Shown: positions 32,033 to 42,900 of the stretch, in pieces
How the letters are laid out: each line of letters opens with the position of its first letter
Position numbering within the stretch: the stretch's first letter is position 1
From: an uncultured Bacteroidota bacterium
GTDB lineage: Bacteria > Bacteroidota > Bacteroidia > Flavobacteriales > Flavobacteriaceae
NCBI GenBank assembly: GCA_902546725.1
Contig: CACCLB010000007.1
Location: forward strand, 35,208-99,207
Direction of reading: 5' to 3'
Length of the DNA: 64,000 bases
Made by a program: the position numbers and the translations under genes
The notes under the pieces: generated by a model
Databases searched by the model: none
What the model saw: only the letters and a program-made list of their open reading frames with translations
Told to the model about the DNA's origin: nothing

Positions 32033-33685
32033 TTGTTAAAACAGCTTACTATAAAAAATTTTGCACTCATCGAAGAGTTGGAAGCCTCTTTTTCTTCTGG
32101 CATGACCTGTATAACAGGTGAAACAGGAGCAGGAAAATCAATTTTACTCGGGGGTCTCTCTCTTGTTTTAGGTAAAAGAGCTGATTTGTCTTCACTGCTT
32201 GATCCCAGTAAGAAGTGTATTGTTGAGGCTTCATTTCAAATACAAGATTATAATTTAAAATCATTGTTTGAATCTTTAGATGTCGACTACGAAGACTACA
32301 CTGTATTACGCCGCGAAATTTTACCACAAGGGAAATCCCGTGCATTTATCAATGACTCACCTGTGACCTTAAGTATTTTAGAGCAAATTAGTCTGCATTT
32401 GATTGATTTGCATTCGCAAAATGATACGGTTAGCTTGCTTCAAAACGAATATCAATTTCAGGTGCTTGATGCATTGGCAAATAATAAAGAAACCCTCAGT
32501 AAGTATAAAAGAACACGTGAGGAGTATAAAAGTATATCAGAATCTTACCAACAGCTTAAATTGGTTGCGGAAAATGCAAAAGCTTCTTATGAGTTGGATG
32601 ATTTTTTATATCAGGAGCTTCTCAAATTAAATTTGAAAGAAGGTATGGAAGAGGACTTGGAGCAGAAGCACAGTGCACTCTCCAATGTAGACTACCTTCA
32701 AACGACCTTAGCCGAAGGGATTCGAATTATGGAAACAGAAGCGGTTGGTCTTTTGGACCAACTGTTAAAATTGAGAAGTCTCGCCTCTGGCTTGACTATT
32801 AAAGCAGGACAATTTGCTCCTTTAGAGGAGCGATTTAATACCATTTTAGTCGAAGCAGAAGATCTTTTAAGTGAATGTAAAATTCAATTTGAAAACCTGG
32901 AGTCTAACCCTGAAGAATTAGAAAAACTTCAAGCTGAGCTTGATGAACTGAATAGTCAAATGCAAAAGCACAAGGTGAATTCTACTACAGATTTAATCAC
33001 CATACAGTCCCAATTGGAAGTTCGTCTTAACAAGTCACTAAATATGGATATCGAGTTAAATAGACTGTTAGCAAAGCAGAGTAAATTTGAGAAATCTATG
33101 GCGAACTTGGCTTCTCAGCTCACGAAATCGAGAAAGGCTGCCGTCCAAATTCTTGAAAAGGAATTGGGTAATTTGGTTTCTCGTATGGGGATGAATGAAG
33201 CTGAGTTTAAAATTGATTTAGAGCCTTCAGACACCTTTTTGAGCAACGGCTTAGATCAATTGCACTTTAAATTTAAGTCGAATAAAGGAGGCAATTTTAA
33301 GCCTTTAAAGAAAATTGTTTCAGGAGGAGAATTGTCACGTATCATGCTTGCAATCAAAGCAATTTTATCAAGTTACATAAAGCTTCCTACTCTAATATTT
33401 GATGAAATAGATACGGGTGTTTCTGGAAAGATATCCGACAGTATTGCTGACCTTATGGTAGCCATGGGTCAAAAGCTTCAAGTCATCAACATCACCCATC
33501 TTCCTCAGGTAGCTGCAAAAAGCCATTACCATTTTAAAGTCTTAAAACAGGAGCTTGACGACAAGACACTGACCAGTTTACTTCCCTTGGATAAAGAGGC
33601 CCGAATTGAGGAAATTGCAATGATGCTTTCTGGAAATCAAGTCTCATCAACCGCTATTGCTCACGCCAAGCAATTGATGAATTAA
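32033..33685 (+). CDS. recN: DNA repair protein RecN
   Basis: TTG start giving MLKQLTIKNFALIEEL, Walker A GETGAGKS, coiled coils and an SMC signature (SGGELSRIMLAIK). Confidence 0.95.
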   Translation: MLKQLTIKNFALIEELEASFSSGMTCITGETGAGKSILLGGLSLVLGKRADLSSLLDPSKKCIVEASFQIQDYNLKSLFESLDVDYEDYTVLRREILPQGKSRAFINDSPVTLSILEQISLHLIDLHSQNDTVSLLQNEYQFQVLDALANNKETLSKYKRTREEYKSISESYQQLKLVAENAKASYELDDFLYQELLKLNLKEGMEEDLEQKHSALSNVDYLQTTLAEGIRIMETEAVGLLDQLLKLRSLASGLTIKAGQFAPLEERFNTILVEAEDLLSECKIQFENLESNPEELEKLQAELDELNSQMQKHKVNSTTDLITIQSQLEVRLNKSLNMDIELNRLLAKQSKFEKSMANLASQLTKSRKAAVQILEKELGNLVSRMGMNEAEFKIDLEPSDTFLSNGLDQLHFKFKSNKGGNFKPLKKIVSGGELSRIMLAIKAILSSYIKLPTLIFDEIDTGVSGKISDSIADLMVAMGQKLQVINITHLPQVAAKSHYHFKVLKQELDDKTLTSLLPLDKEARIEEIAMMLSGNQVSSTAIAHAKQLMN

Positions 33686-33713
33686 ATGTATCTTTGAACT
33701 TTAATATTTACAC

Positions 33714-34532
33714 ATGTCACATAAAATTTTAGAAGGAAAAAAAGGAATAATTTTTGGCGCTCTAGACGATCAGTCTATTGCTTGGAAAACAGCAGAATCT
33801 GTAGCAGATGCAGGAGGTAGTTTTGTACTTACAAATGCTCCAGTTGCATTGCGAATGGGAACAATAAATGCTTTAGCTGAAAAAACAGGCTCTCAAGTAA
33901 TTCCAGCTGATGCAACCAATAAGGATGATTTAGACCAGTTGATCGATCAAGCCCAGGAGATATTGGGAGGGAAATTAGATTTTGTTTTGCATTCCATAGG
34001 GATGTCTGTCAACGTTCGTAAAGGAAAACATTACACTGATTTAAATCACGATTGGATGACCAAAGGTTGGGATGTCTCAGCAGTGTCCTTTCATAAATTA
34101 ATGCAGTGTTTGTATCAAAAAGATGCCATGAATGAGTGGGGGAGTATAGTTGCTCTATCTTATGTTGCAGCCCAAAGAACATTTCCCAATTACAATGATA
34201 TGGCTGATAATAAAGCATATTTAGAGTCCATCGCCCGAAGCTTTGGATATTTCTTTGGAAAAGATAAAAAGGTTAGAGTAAATACGATTTCTCAATCGCC
34301 TACACTTACAACAGCTGGAAAGGGCGTGGCAGGTTTGGATGGCTTTTTAAATTACGCTGAAAAAATGTCTCCATTAGGTAATGCAACAGCAAAAGATTGT
34401 GCAGATTATACGGTTTCACTTTTCTCTGATTACACCAAAAAAGTAACACTTCAAAATTTGTATCACGACGGTGGGTTTTCAAATGTGGGAGTGAGTCAAG
34501 AAATCATAGATGAACTAACTCCAAAATCCTAG
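33714..34532 (+). CDS. fabI: enoyl-[acyl-carrier-protein] reductase (NADH)
   Basis: GKKGIIFGALDDQSIAW... follows the FabI pattern. Confidence 0.88.
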   Translation: MSHKILEGKKGIIFGALDDQSIAWKTAESVADAGGSFVLTNAPVALRMGTINALAEKTGSQVIPADATNKDDLDQLIDQAQEILGGKLDFVLHSIGMSVNVRKGKHYTDLNHDWMTKGWDVSAVSFHKLMQCLYQKDAMNEWGSIVALSYVAAQRTFPNYNDMADNKAYLESIARSFGYFFGKDKKVRVNTISQSPTLTTAGKGVAGLDGFLNYAEKMSPLGNATAKDCADYTVSLFSDYTKKVTLQNLYHDGGFSNVGVSQEIIDELTPKS

Positions 34533-34557
34533 CGCAGCTAAAAGAAGATGTTTCAAA

Positions 34558-35520
34558 ATGTCGACACAAAAAAGAGGAATTGAAAGTATATTAAAAAAAC
34601 TTCCAAACAAAAGTCGTTTTCGATTCTTCTTACTGTTTGTTGTCATTTCTTTCAGCTTTTGGGCGAGTACCAAACTTTCAAAAGAATATCAGTTAGTGCA
34701 GCCTTTTACCCTAGTATGGGGAGAGGTTCCAAAGGGGGTTGTGTTAAGCGATAAGCCATCTCAAATCAAAGCGACCCTCAATGCCAGTGGAGTAGAAATT
34801 CTGTGGTATCGATTGTTTAAAAACAAACTGTCAATATCATTAAAAGATGTTGATTTTACTCCTGAAGACCGGGTTTTAAATATGGAGGAACAATTTTTTG
34901 ATATTCAACAGCAGCTCTTTGGGGGGACGCAATTATTACAAATTTCACCAAGCTTATTTCCACTTCAGTACAGCAAAATGGCTGTAAAAAAACTTCCCGT
35001 ACTTGCAAATTTAGATGTGAATTTCCGACCGGGTTATTTGGGAGAGGAAAGCGTGCAAATTACCCCAGATAGCGTTGTAGTCCATGGACCACAAAACACG
35101 CTGGATACCCTTGAAAATATCAATACAGAGGAATTTAAAGCTTTGGATGTCCATCAAAATATCGATCAAAAAATCGGGCTAGAGGAATTAGCAGGAGTTG
35201 AATTTGAAGTTGAGAGTATTGAACTCCATTGGTCTGTATTACCCTTTTCGGAAAAGCGTTTGACAATTCCCATCGAAGTAGTCAACTTACCACTTGGAGT
35301 AAAAGTCAAACTGTTTCCTCCTGAAGTGAATTTGAGAGCCACTTTGCCTTTATCCCTTCTCAGTGCAGTTAAATCCAGTGACTTTTTGCTAGTGGTCGAT
35401 TATGAAGACATAAATGAGGGACAGTCTGATGTAATGGAAATAAAATTAAGGAAACAACCACCCTCAGTAAAAAAAGTAATTTGGGAACCTCTTAATGTAA
35501 ATTATTTGATAAGAAGATGA
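34558..35520 (+). CDS. YbbR-like domain-containing protein
   Basis: An N-terminal TM helix and repeated YbbR-like beta domains. It lies upstream of coaE, as in other Flavobacteriia. Confidence 0.6.
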   Translation: MSTQKRGIESILKKLPNKSRFRFFLLFVVISFSFWASTKLSKEYQLVQPFTLVWGEVPKGVVLSDKPSQIKATLNASGVEILWYRLFKNKLSISLKDVDFTPEDRVLNMEEQFFDIQQQLFGGTQLLQISPSLFPLQYSKMAVKKLPVLANLDVNFRPGYLGEESVQITPDSVVVHGPQNTLDTLENINTEEFKALDVHQNIDQKIGLEELAGVEFEVESIELHWSVLPFSEKRLTIPIEVVNLPLGVKVKLFPPEVNLRATLPLSLLSAVKSSDFLLVVDYEDINEGQSDVMEIKLRKQPPSVKKVIWEPLNVNYLIRR

Positions 35521-36092
35521 AGATCATTGGTTTAACAGGAGGTATTGGAAGTGGGAAATCAACTTTGCTCGCTTGGTTTAGATCCAATGGAATTCCTTGT
35601 TTTGAATCCGATATTGTCGGAAAGCAGCTGCTTAACGGTCAGTTAAAACAGGATGTCATTGATTACTTTGGCCCTGAACTCTATCCAAATGATGCGCTCG
35701 ATACCAAGAGGATGGCTCAACTTGTATTCCAAGATAAAGAGGCCCTTGAAAAACTCAATAATTTAGTTCATCCAGCGGTGGGGAAAGCTTTTAAAGATTT
35801 TGTTGAAAAGAATAAAAATGCCCAAATCGTAGTTAAAGAAGCTGCGATATTATTTGAAACAGGGGCGTATAAAAGCTGTGATTTTGTAATTTTAGTGTAC
35901 GCTCCATTGGAAAAAAGAATTTCTAGAGTAATCCAAAGAGATGGAGTAAAAAGGGCTGAGGTATTGGCTCGAATGTCAAAACAATGGGATGACAATAAAA
36001 AGAGCGCATTAGCTGATTTTGTAATTGAAAATGACAGTCTGGAATTGGCAATTGAACAGCTTGAAGCAATTCTTAAAAAGCTTTTGGCTTAA
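35517..36092 (+). CDS. coaE: dephospho-CoA kinase
   Basis: P-loop GLTGGIGSGKST. Confidence 0.93.
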   Translation: MKIIGLTGGIGSGKSTLLAWFRSNGIPCFESDIVGKQLLNGQLKQDVIDYFGPELYPNDALDTKRMAQLVFQDKEALEKLNNLVHPAVGKAFKDFVEKNKNAQIVVKEAAILFETGAYKSCDFVILVYAPLEKRISRVIQRDGVKRAEVLARMSKQWDDNKKSALADFVIENDSLELAIEQLEAILKKLLA

Positions 36093-36199
36093 ATAAAGGA
36101 TTAACAAACAATTGGCATTTTTTTTGATCAAAAAGAAGGAAATTTGTAACTGTCAACTTTAAGCGGGATATTCGTCTTAAATTGTAATCGAATGTTTTT

Positions 36200-37780
36200 A
36201 TGAAAAAAACATTATTTATTTCCCTTGTGAGTTTTATGATAATCTCAATTCTAGGAATTGTGGGGCTACAGGGGTATTGGATTTATTCAGCCTGGGAAGA
36301 TAAAGAAGAAGAGTTTTCTTTGGCTGTACAGCAATCTCTTCAGTTGGCTGCAGACGAAATACAAGAGCGTGAATTATCGGATTATATTCAGGCTTACGAA
36401 AATTTAATTGATTCCCTTGTAACCCCAGACAATGCGAGCTTTGCAAATGTATTCCTCTTTTTAGACGAAGATAAACCTAACAATTTACTGTCCTACTACG
36501 CCTACGGTATTCTAGAAGAAGATTATAAAATCACTCCTTATTTAGATCCTAAACTAGGAGATACAATTGATGTGGTGACTGACGTAAAGCAAGTGAAAAA
36601 TACCACCATCATAAATGAAAATGATGTTTTTGACAGAGAAAATAATATAGCCACTTCAATTGAAAAAATTAAAACAATTGAACGAATGAATGTCAACAAT
36701 CAACGCATTCGTAGTATTTTTAAGGACTATACTTCCAATACCCCGATCCATAAAAGATTAAACTCACAGGAATTGGATTTTGTTCTCAAACGTCAATTTG
36801 ATTCCAAGAATATCATCACTCCCTACGAGTTTGGTATTTATGACGACGGTTTAGCAACGAAAATTAAATCAAACAATTATTTGGAAGAGCAGCAGGGTTT
36901 TAAATATAGAACTCCCATTTTTAGAGACCAGGACGGTTTAGGCCGTTATGAATTGGTAGTCTCTTTTCCTGAAAAAGACCAATATGTTTTCTCCTCTATT
37001 ATTGGAGTTGGAGGTTTGACCTTATTTTTAACTCTTTTTATTGTATTAGTATCCACTAGTGGATTGTATCAAATCATTCAGCAGAAAAAGCTCTCGGAGA
37101 TAAAAACCGATTTCATCAATAATATGTCTCATGAATTTAAAACTCCAATAGCAACTATCAATTTGGCTCTAGACGCCATTTCAAATCCCAAGACAAAATT
37201 AATACCAGAAAAAGTAGAGCGTTATGTGAGTATGATACGGGAGGAAAACAGTCGTATGCTGACTCAAGTTGAAAACGTTTTGAGGATTTCTCAGTTGGAA
37301 CGCAGTAACAATCCAATTAAAATGTCCAAAGTGGATTTGCACGCTATCATAAAAGATGCGATAAGCCACATTGAATTGATTTTAAATGATAAATCAGGCT
37401 CTTTGACCAAAAAGCTTAAAGCTTCAAATGTTGAGGTTTTGGGAAATAAAAGTCATTTGACAAATATTACTGTAAATTTACTTGACAACGCGCTAAAATA
37501 CTGTGACAGTACTCCTAAAATTATTGTTGAGACTTTTAATGAAGACGGCGATTTTGTTTTAAAAGTGACGGATAATGGCTTAGGAATGAGTCCTGTGGTG
37601 CAAAAGAAAATTTTTGATAAGTTTTACCGTGCGACCTCTGGTAACATCCACAATGTGAAAGGACATGGACTTGGTTTGGCTTATGTCAAAAAAATAGTTG
37701 ATATCCACAAAGGAGAAATAAAGCTAGAAAGTAAAGAAAACTATGGGACAACCTTTGAGATATGGCTTCCCTTAGAATAA
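36200..37780 (+). CDS. sensor histidine kinase with a large extracytoplasmic domain
   Basis: Two TM helices flank a domain of about 250 aa. It has an H-box (SHEFKTPIATI) and N/G boxes (NLLDNALKY, DNGLGM, GHGLGL). Confidence 0.9.
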   Translation: MKKTLFISLVSFMIISILGIVGLQGYWIYSAWEDKEEEFSLAVQQSLQLAADEIQERELSDYIQAYENLIDSLVTPDNASFANVFLFLDEDKPNNLLSYYAYGILEEDYKITPYLDPKLGDTIDVVTDVKQVKNTTIINENDVFDRENNIATSIEKIKTIERMNVNNQRIRSIFKDYTSNTPIHKRLNSQELDFVLKRQFDSKNIITPYEFGIYDDGLATKIKSNNYLEEQQGFKYRTPIFRDQDGLGRYELVVSFPEKDQYVFSSIIGVGGLTLFLTLFIVLVSTSGLYQIIQQKKLSEIKTDFINNMSHEFKTPIATINLALDAISNPKTKLIPEKVERYVSMIREENSRMLTQVENVLRISQLERSNNPIKMSKVDLHAIIKDAISHIELILNDKSGSLTKKLKASNVEVLGNKSHLTNITVNLLDNALKYCDSTPKIIVETFNEDGDFVLKVTDNGLGMSPVVQKKIFDKFYRATSGNIHNVKGHGLGLAYVKKIVDIHKGEIKLESKENYGTTFEIWLPLE

Positions 37781-37810
37781 ATTTTAATAATAATGCCTTA
37801 TTTATAAGAT

Positions 37811-38512
37811 ATGAAAAACGACAATAAGAAAATTCTAATCGTTGAAGACGATTCGAATTTTGGTAATATTTTAAAGGAATACCTAAGTTTAAACGACTAC
37901 AATATTACTCTAGCCAAAAATGGAATTGAGGGCTTTGAGAAGTTTAAAAAAGAAGAGTATGACCTCTGTATATTGGATGTGATGATGCCTTACAAAGACG
38001 GTTTTACATTAGCCAAGGAAATTCGTGAGGTAAATGAAATTGTACCAATATTCTTTTTATCAGCAAAGCACTTAAAGGAAGATGTTTTAAAAGGATTTAA
38101 GTTGGGAGCAGATGATTACTTGACGAAACCTTTTGATTCCGAGGTTTTGCTTGCTAAAATTAAAGCAATTTTAAATCGCAGTAAAGCACCGAATTCTCTA
38201 GCGAATGATGCTTTTGAGTTTGCTTTCAGTGATTTTTACTTCAATTCAAAACTTCGTTTTTTAAAATATAAAAATGAAGAACCTGTTAAATTGTCTCCAA
38301 AGGAAAATCAATTGCTACGGCTGTTAGTGATTCATCTCAATGATTTGCTGCCCCGTGAATTGGCTTTAAATAAAATTTGGCGCGATGATAATTATTTTAC
38401 TTCTAGAAGCATGGATGTCTATATAGCTAAACTCAGGAAGTATTTAAGTGTAGATGATAAAGTTCAAATCCTCAACATTCACGGTGAGGGATTTCGTCTG
38501 GTGGTCAACTAA
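37811..38512 (+). CDS. OmpR-family response regulator
   Basis: A receiver domain (ILIVEDD...LDVMMP...KP) and a winged-helix output domain. Confidence 0.92.
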   Translation: MKNDNKKILIVEDDSNFGNILKEYLSLNDYNITLAKNGIEGFEKFKKEEYDLCILDVMMPYKDGFTLAKEIREVNEIVPIFFLSAKHLKEDVLKGFKLGADDYLTKPFDSEVLLAKIKAILNRSKAPNSLANDAFEFAFSDFYFNSKLRFLKYKNEEPVKLSPKENQLLRLLVIHLNDLLPRELALNKIWRDDNYFTSRSMDVYIAKLRKYLSVDDKVQILNIHGEGFRLVVN

Positions 38513-39407
38513 GATTTCTCGGATGAAATTGTTCCATGACTTTTTTAAGGTGAAGGCTATCTAAATGGGTATAAACTTCTGTAGTTGTAATGCTTTCATG
38601 TCCCATTAAAACTTGAATAGTCCTCAGGTCTGCACCGTTTTCTAAAAGATGTGTAGCAAAGGAATGTCTAAAGGTGTGTGGTCCTATTTGCTTTTGAATG
38701 GAGGTTTCATTTGCCAAACGTTTTATCATCGTAAATATCATCTGTCGGGTCAAAGCGCTGCCATTTCTATTGAGAAAGACGATATCTTGATGTGCAGGAT
38801 TAATCTTTTGAAGGTTTCTAACCTTGTAAATATAGAGTTCAAGGTATTTTTTCGAATGGGTACCCATAGGAACGAGTCGCTGTTTGTTTCCTTTGCCTGT
38901 TACACGGATCATTTCTTCTTTAAAAAAGAGATTGGACAAGCTCAGTTGGGTGAGTTCAGACACCCGCAATCCACTACCGTACAGGGTCTCCAGTATAGCC
39001 CTATTGCGATGCCCTTGAGGATGCCCTAGATCAACAGCATCCATAAGAAGGTCAATTTCTTTAATACTCAACACATCGGGTAATTTCCGACCGAGTTTGG
39101 GTGTTTCGATAAGATCGGTAGGATTGGTCTTTCGGTAGGATTCAAAAATTAAATAATCAAAAAAACTTCTCAGACCAGCTATGCGTCTAGCCTGAGTATG
39201 AGGACCCATGACTTTTGCGGTTTCATATATGAATTTTTGCACGGTTTCCCTTGAACAGTCTAGAGGTCCTTCTTCACTTTCAATTTGGCTTAAAAAAGCC
39301 TGAAACGATTTGATATCAAGTGCGTAATTCAGTATTGAATTTTCGGATAAGCCCCGTTCAATTTGAAGATACATTTGATAATCTGAGAGCGCTTGGACCC
39401 AATTCAC
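38505..39407 (-). CDS. xerD: site-specific tyrosine recombinase XerD
   Basis: R..HTFRHSFATHLLENGADLRTIQVLMGHESITTTEVYTH catalytic region. GTG start. The xerD/aroQ divergent pair is conserved. Confidence 0.88.
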   Translation of the reverse strand: MNWVQALSDYQMYLQIERGLSENSILNYALDIKSFQAFLSQIESEEGPLDCSRETVQKFIYETAKVMGPHTQARRIAGLRSFFDYLIFESYRKTNPTDLIETPKLGRKLPDVLSIKEIDLLMDAVDLGHPQGHRNRAILETLYGSGLRVSELTQLSLSNLFFKEEMIRVTGKGNKQRLVPMGTHSKKYLELYIYKVRNLQKINPAHQDIVFLNRNGSALTRQMIFTMIKRLANETSIQKQIGPHTFRHSFATHLLENGADLRTIQVLMGHESITTTEVYTHLDSLHLKKVMEQFHPRNLS

Positions 39408-39463
39408 ATCTGTGCTTTTAGGGGATTAAACTGAATTTCTATACTTTTACTAAAATAATAAAA

Positions 39464-39880
39464 ATGAAGATCAGTATTATTAATGGGCCTAATTTAAATT
39501 TACTAGGTACTAGAGAGCCAGGAGTATATGGTAATCAGAATTTTGAAGAGTATTTTAATACGCTCAAGGATAAATTTCCAGAGGTTCATTTTGATTATTT
39601 TCAATCCAATGTAGAGGGCGAGTTAATCAACCAACTCCATGAGGTAGGTTTTTCAGCAGATGCTATACTTCTAAATGCAGGAGCCTATACCCATACCTCT
39701 GTTGCCTTAGGCGATGCGATTAAGAGTATTGATTCACCAGTTATTGAGCTGCATATTTCCAACACATTCGCAAGAGAAGACTTTAGACATACGTCTTACA
39801 TTACTCCAGTTGCTAAAGGGCTTATCATCGGTTTTGGATTAGATTCTTATCGCCTTGGGGTAGAAAGTGTTCTTGGTTAA
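39464..39880 (+). CDS. aroQ: type II 3-dehydroquinate dehydratase
   Basis: INGPNLNLLGTREPGVYG...LNAGAYTHTSVA... Confidence 0.95.
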   Translation: MKISIINGPNLNLLGTREPGVYGNQNFEEYFNTLKDKFPEVHFDYFQSNVEGELINQLHEVGFSADAILLNAGAYTHTSVALGDAIKSIDSPVIELHISNTFAREDFRHTSYITPVAKGLIIGFGLDSYRLGVESVLG

Positions 39881-39981
39881 AAATTCCTCTTTAAACAGTT
39901 TAACCATTCTAATTAACTGCGTTTAATAATTCATATGAAAGGCTAATTTTTGTAGTTTGGTTAAAAACATAAATTAAACTT

Positions 39982-42900
39982 ATGAAACCAATTTTTTCAA
40001 TTTTAGTAGCCCTAGCACTCTGTTTGCCCAGCCTTGCTGATGCGCAAAGAAAGAACAGAAAAAAAGCTGAGCCAAAGCCAGCAGAGGTGTCTTTAGATGC
40101 CTTTTCATTTAGAAATGTGGGACCAGCATTTTTATCTGGACGTATTGCAGATATTGCTGTTCACCCCAACAACGAAAGTGTTTGGTATGTTGCAGTAGGA
40201 TCTGGAGGTGTTTGGAAAACCGAAAACGCTGGAACTACCTGGTCTCCAATTTTTGATGATCAATCAACCTATACTACGGGTTGTGTTGCAATTGACCCCT
40301 CCAATCCAGAGATCGTTTGGGTAGGAAGTGGTGAAAATGTCGGTGGGCGACATGTTGCTTATGGTGATGGAGTTTACAGGAGTATGAATGGTGGGAAAAC
40401 ATGGGACAATATGGGCCTTAAAAACTCAGAGCATATTTCTGAAATCATCGTTCATCCTGACAATTCCGACGTGGTTTGGGTTGCCTCCCAAGGTCCTCTT
40501 TGGAGTAAAGGAGGAGAGCGAGGTTTGTACAAAACTACAAATGGTGGTAAATCGTGGAATAGAGTTTTAGGAAACGACGAGTGGACAGGAGTAACCGATA
40601 TTATGATAGACCCTAGAAACCCTAGAATAATATATGCAGCCACTTGGGATAGACACCGAACAGTTGCTGCACTAATGGGTGGAGGACCAGGGACAGCCAT
40701 TTATCGTTCAGATGATGGTGGTGATAATTGGACCAAGCTTACAAACGGTTTGCCAAAATCAAATATGGGTAAGATTGGAATTACAATCTCACCTCAAAAT
40801 CCTGACGTGGTATATGCTGCTATAGAATTAGATCGTACCAAGGGAGCAGTTTACCGCTCTGAAGATCGAGGTGCATCATGGAAAAAAATGTCGGATACTG
40901 TTTCAGGCGGAACAGGACCGCATTACTATCAAGAGCTATATGCCAGCCCACATAAATTTGATCGTTTGTACCTTATGAATGTAAGAGTGCTTACCTCTGA
41001 AGATGGGGGTAAAACTTTTGTTCAACTCAAAGAACAAGATAAACACTCAGACAATCACGCCATCGTATTTAAAAAAGACGACCCCAACTACATCATGCTG
41101 GGAACCGATGCCGGTATTTACGAGAGTTTTGATTTAGCTGAAACCTGGCGTTATATGAAAAACTTACCCTTGACCCAGTTTTATAAGGTAGCGGTAAATA
41201 ATGCAGAACCCTTTTATCACATCTTTGGAGGTACTCAAGACAACGGTTCGGCTGGTGGTCCGTCCGCCACTGATGAAAGACAAGGAATTGCAAACAAACA
41301 TTGGTATAAAACGCTTTTTGCTGACGGACATCAATCCGCTACGGATCCCGTTTATAACGATATTATTTACGCTGAAACACAGCAAGGAGGCTTGCATAGA
41401 ATTGACCTGACTACCGGTGAACAAATTTCTATTCAGCCACAAGCAGCTGAGGGAGAGCCTCATGAGCGTTTCAATTGGGATGCCCCTATTTTAGTTAGTC
41501 CGCATAATCCTTCACGTTTGTATTTTGCTTCCTATAGAGTATGGAAGTCAGAAACTAGAGGGGATGACTGGGAAGTCATCTCTGGTGACTTAACGCGTAA
41601 TGAAGACCGAATCACTTTACCCATAATGGGTCGTCAGCAGAGCTGGGATAACGCCTGGGATGTAGGAGCTATGTCAAATTACAACACCATTACTTCTTTG
41701 GCAGAATCTCCTGTTCAAGAAGGCTTACTATACGCCGGCACTGATGATGGATTTATTCAGCTTACAGAAAATGGTGGGGAAAGTTGGAGGAAAATACCAG
41801 TTACCGCACTAGGCTTGCCCGAGCGTTCTTTTGTGAATGACATCAAAGCAGATTTATTTGATGCAAATACGGTCTATGTAACATTAGACAATCATAAAGA
41901 GGGTGATTACAGCCCGTATCTATTTAAAAGTACAGATAAGGGAATGACTTGGAAATCAATCAGTTCAAACATTCCAGATCGTACTCTAGTATGGCGTATG
42001 GTTCAAGATCCGGTTAAGGCAAATCTTCTTTTTGCAGCGACTGAATATGGAATTTACACTTCCTTAAATGGGGGAACTTCTTGGCAAAAACTTCCAGGTA
42101 CTCCTTCCATATCATTTAGAGACCTTACTATTCAAAAAAGAGAAAACGATTTGGTCGCCGCTTCATTTGGGCGTGGATTCTTCGTTTTAGATGATTATAG
42201 TGCATTGAGAGAATTTACTCTTGGTAATTTGAATAAAGAAGGAAAACTCTTTCAGCCAAGACCTGCAAAATGGTTTGTACAAAGAAGCAATGTAGGGAAT
42301 ACAGGTGCAGATTATTACTTTGCAAAAAATCCCGAATACGGAGCTGTATTTACTTATCACCTTTCCAAGGAGTATAAAATGCAAAAGTCATTACGTCAAA
42401 AACGTGAAAAAGAGCTAAATAAGGCAGAGAAAAATGTTCCATTCCCCGGCTGGGAAGCACTTGATGCTGAAAAGCAAGAAATGCCTGCTCAAGTAATTTT
42501 GACCATAGAAGATCAGCAAGGAAATGTGATCAATAAAGTCAAGAAAAAAGCCTCTAAGGGTAGTCATAGAATCGCATGGAATTTAGAGCATTTTAATCCG
42601 TTTGCAATTTCAATGAATGGTCGATCAAGAAGAGGTGGTGGAGCTTTAGCAACTCCTGGTACCTATCAAGCTACTCTTCATCTGGAAAAAGATGGTAATG
42701 TTACCAAACTTGACGGTCCGATAAGCTTTGAAGTAAAACCCATCAGAGAAGGAGTCCTTAAAGGCGCAGGTTATGCAGAGTACAATGCATTCCGTACTGA
42801 TTTGACCTCTTTTATACAGCAGATTAGTGAAGTTCAAGATAAATTTGATCAAAGCAAGAAAAAGCTCAAGGCTTTAAGTACTGCGGTTGACCGTTCTAAG

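Noticed and set aside
38505-39407. The tyrosine recombinase could be the missing integrase for the cassette-like array at 8.4-11.9 kb.
   Set aside because: It is 26 kb away. It has the standard XerD length and C-terminal catalytic region, with no sign of the extra IntI-specific insertion. It sits in the conserved divergent xerD/aroQ arrangement. It is most simply the housekeeping dimer-resolution recombinase.
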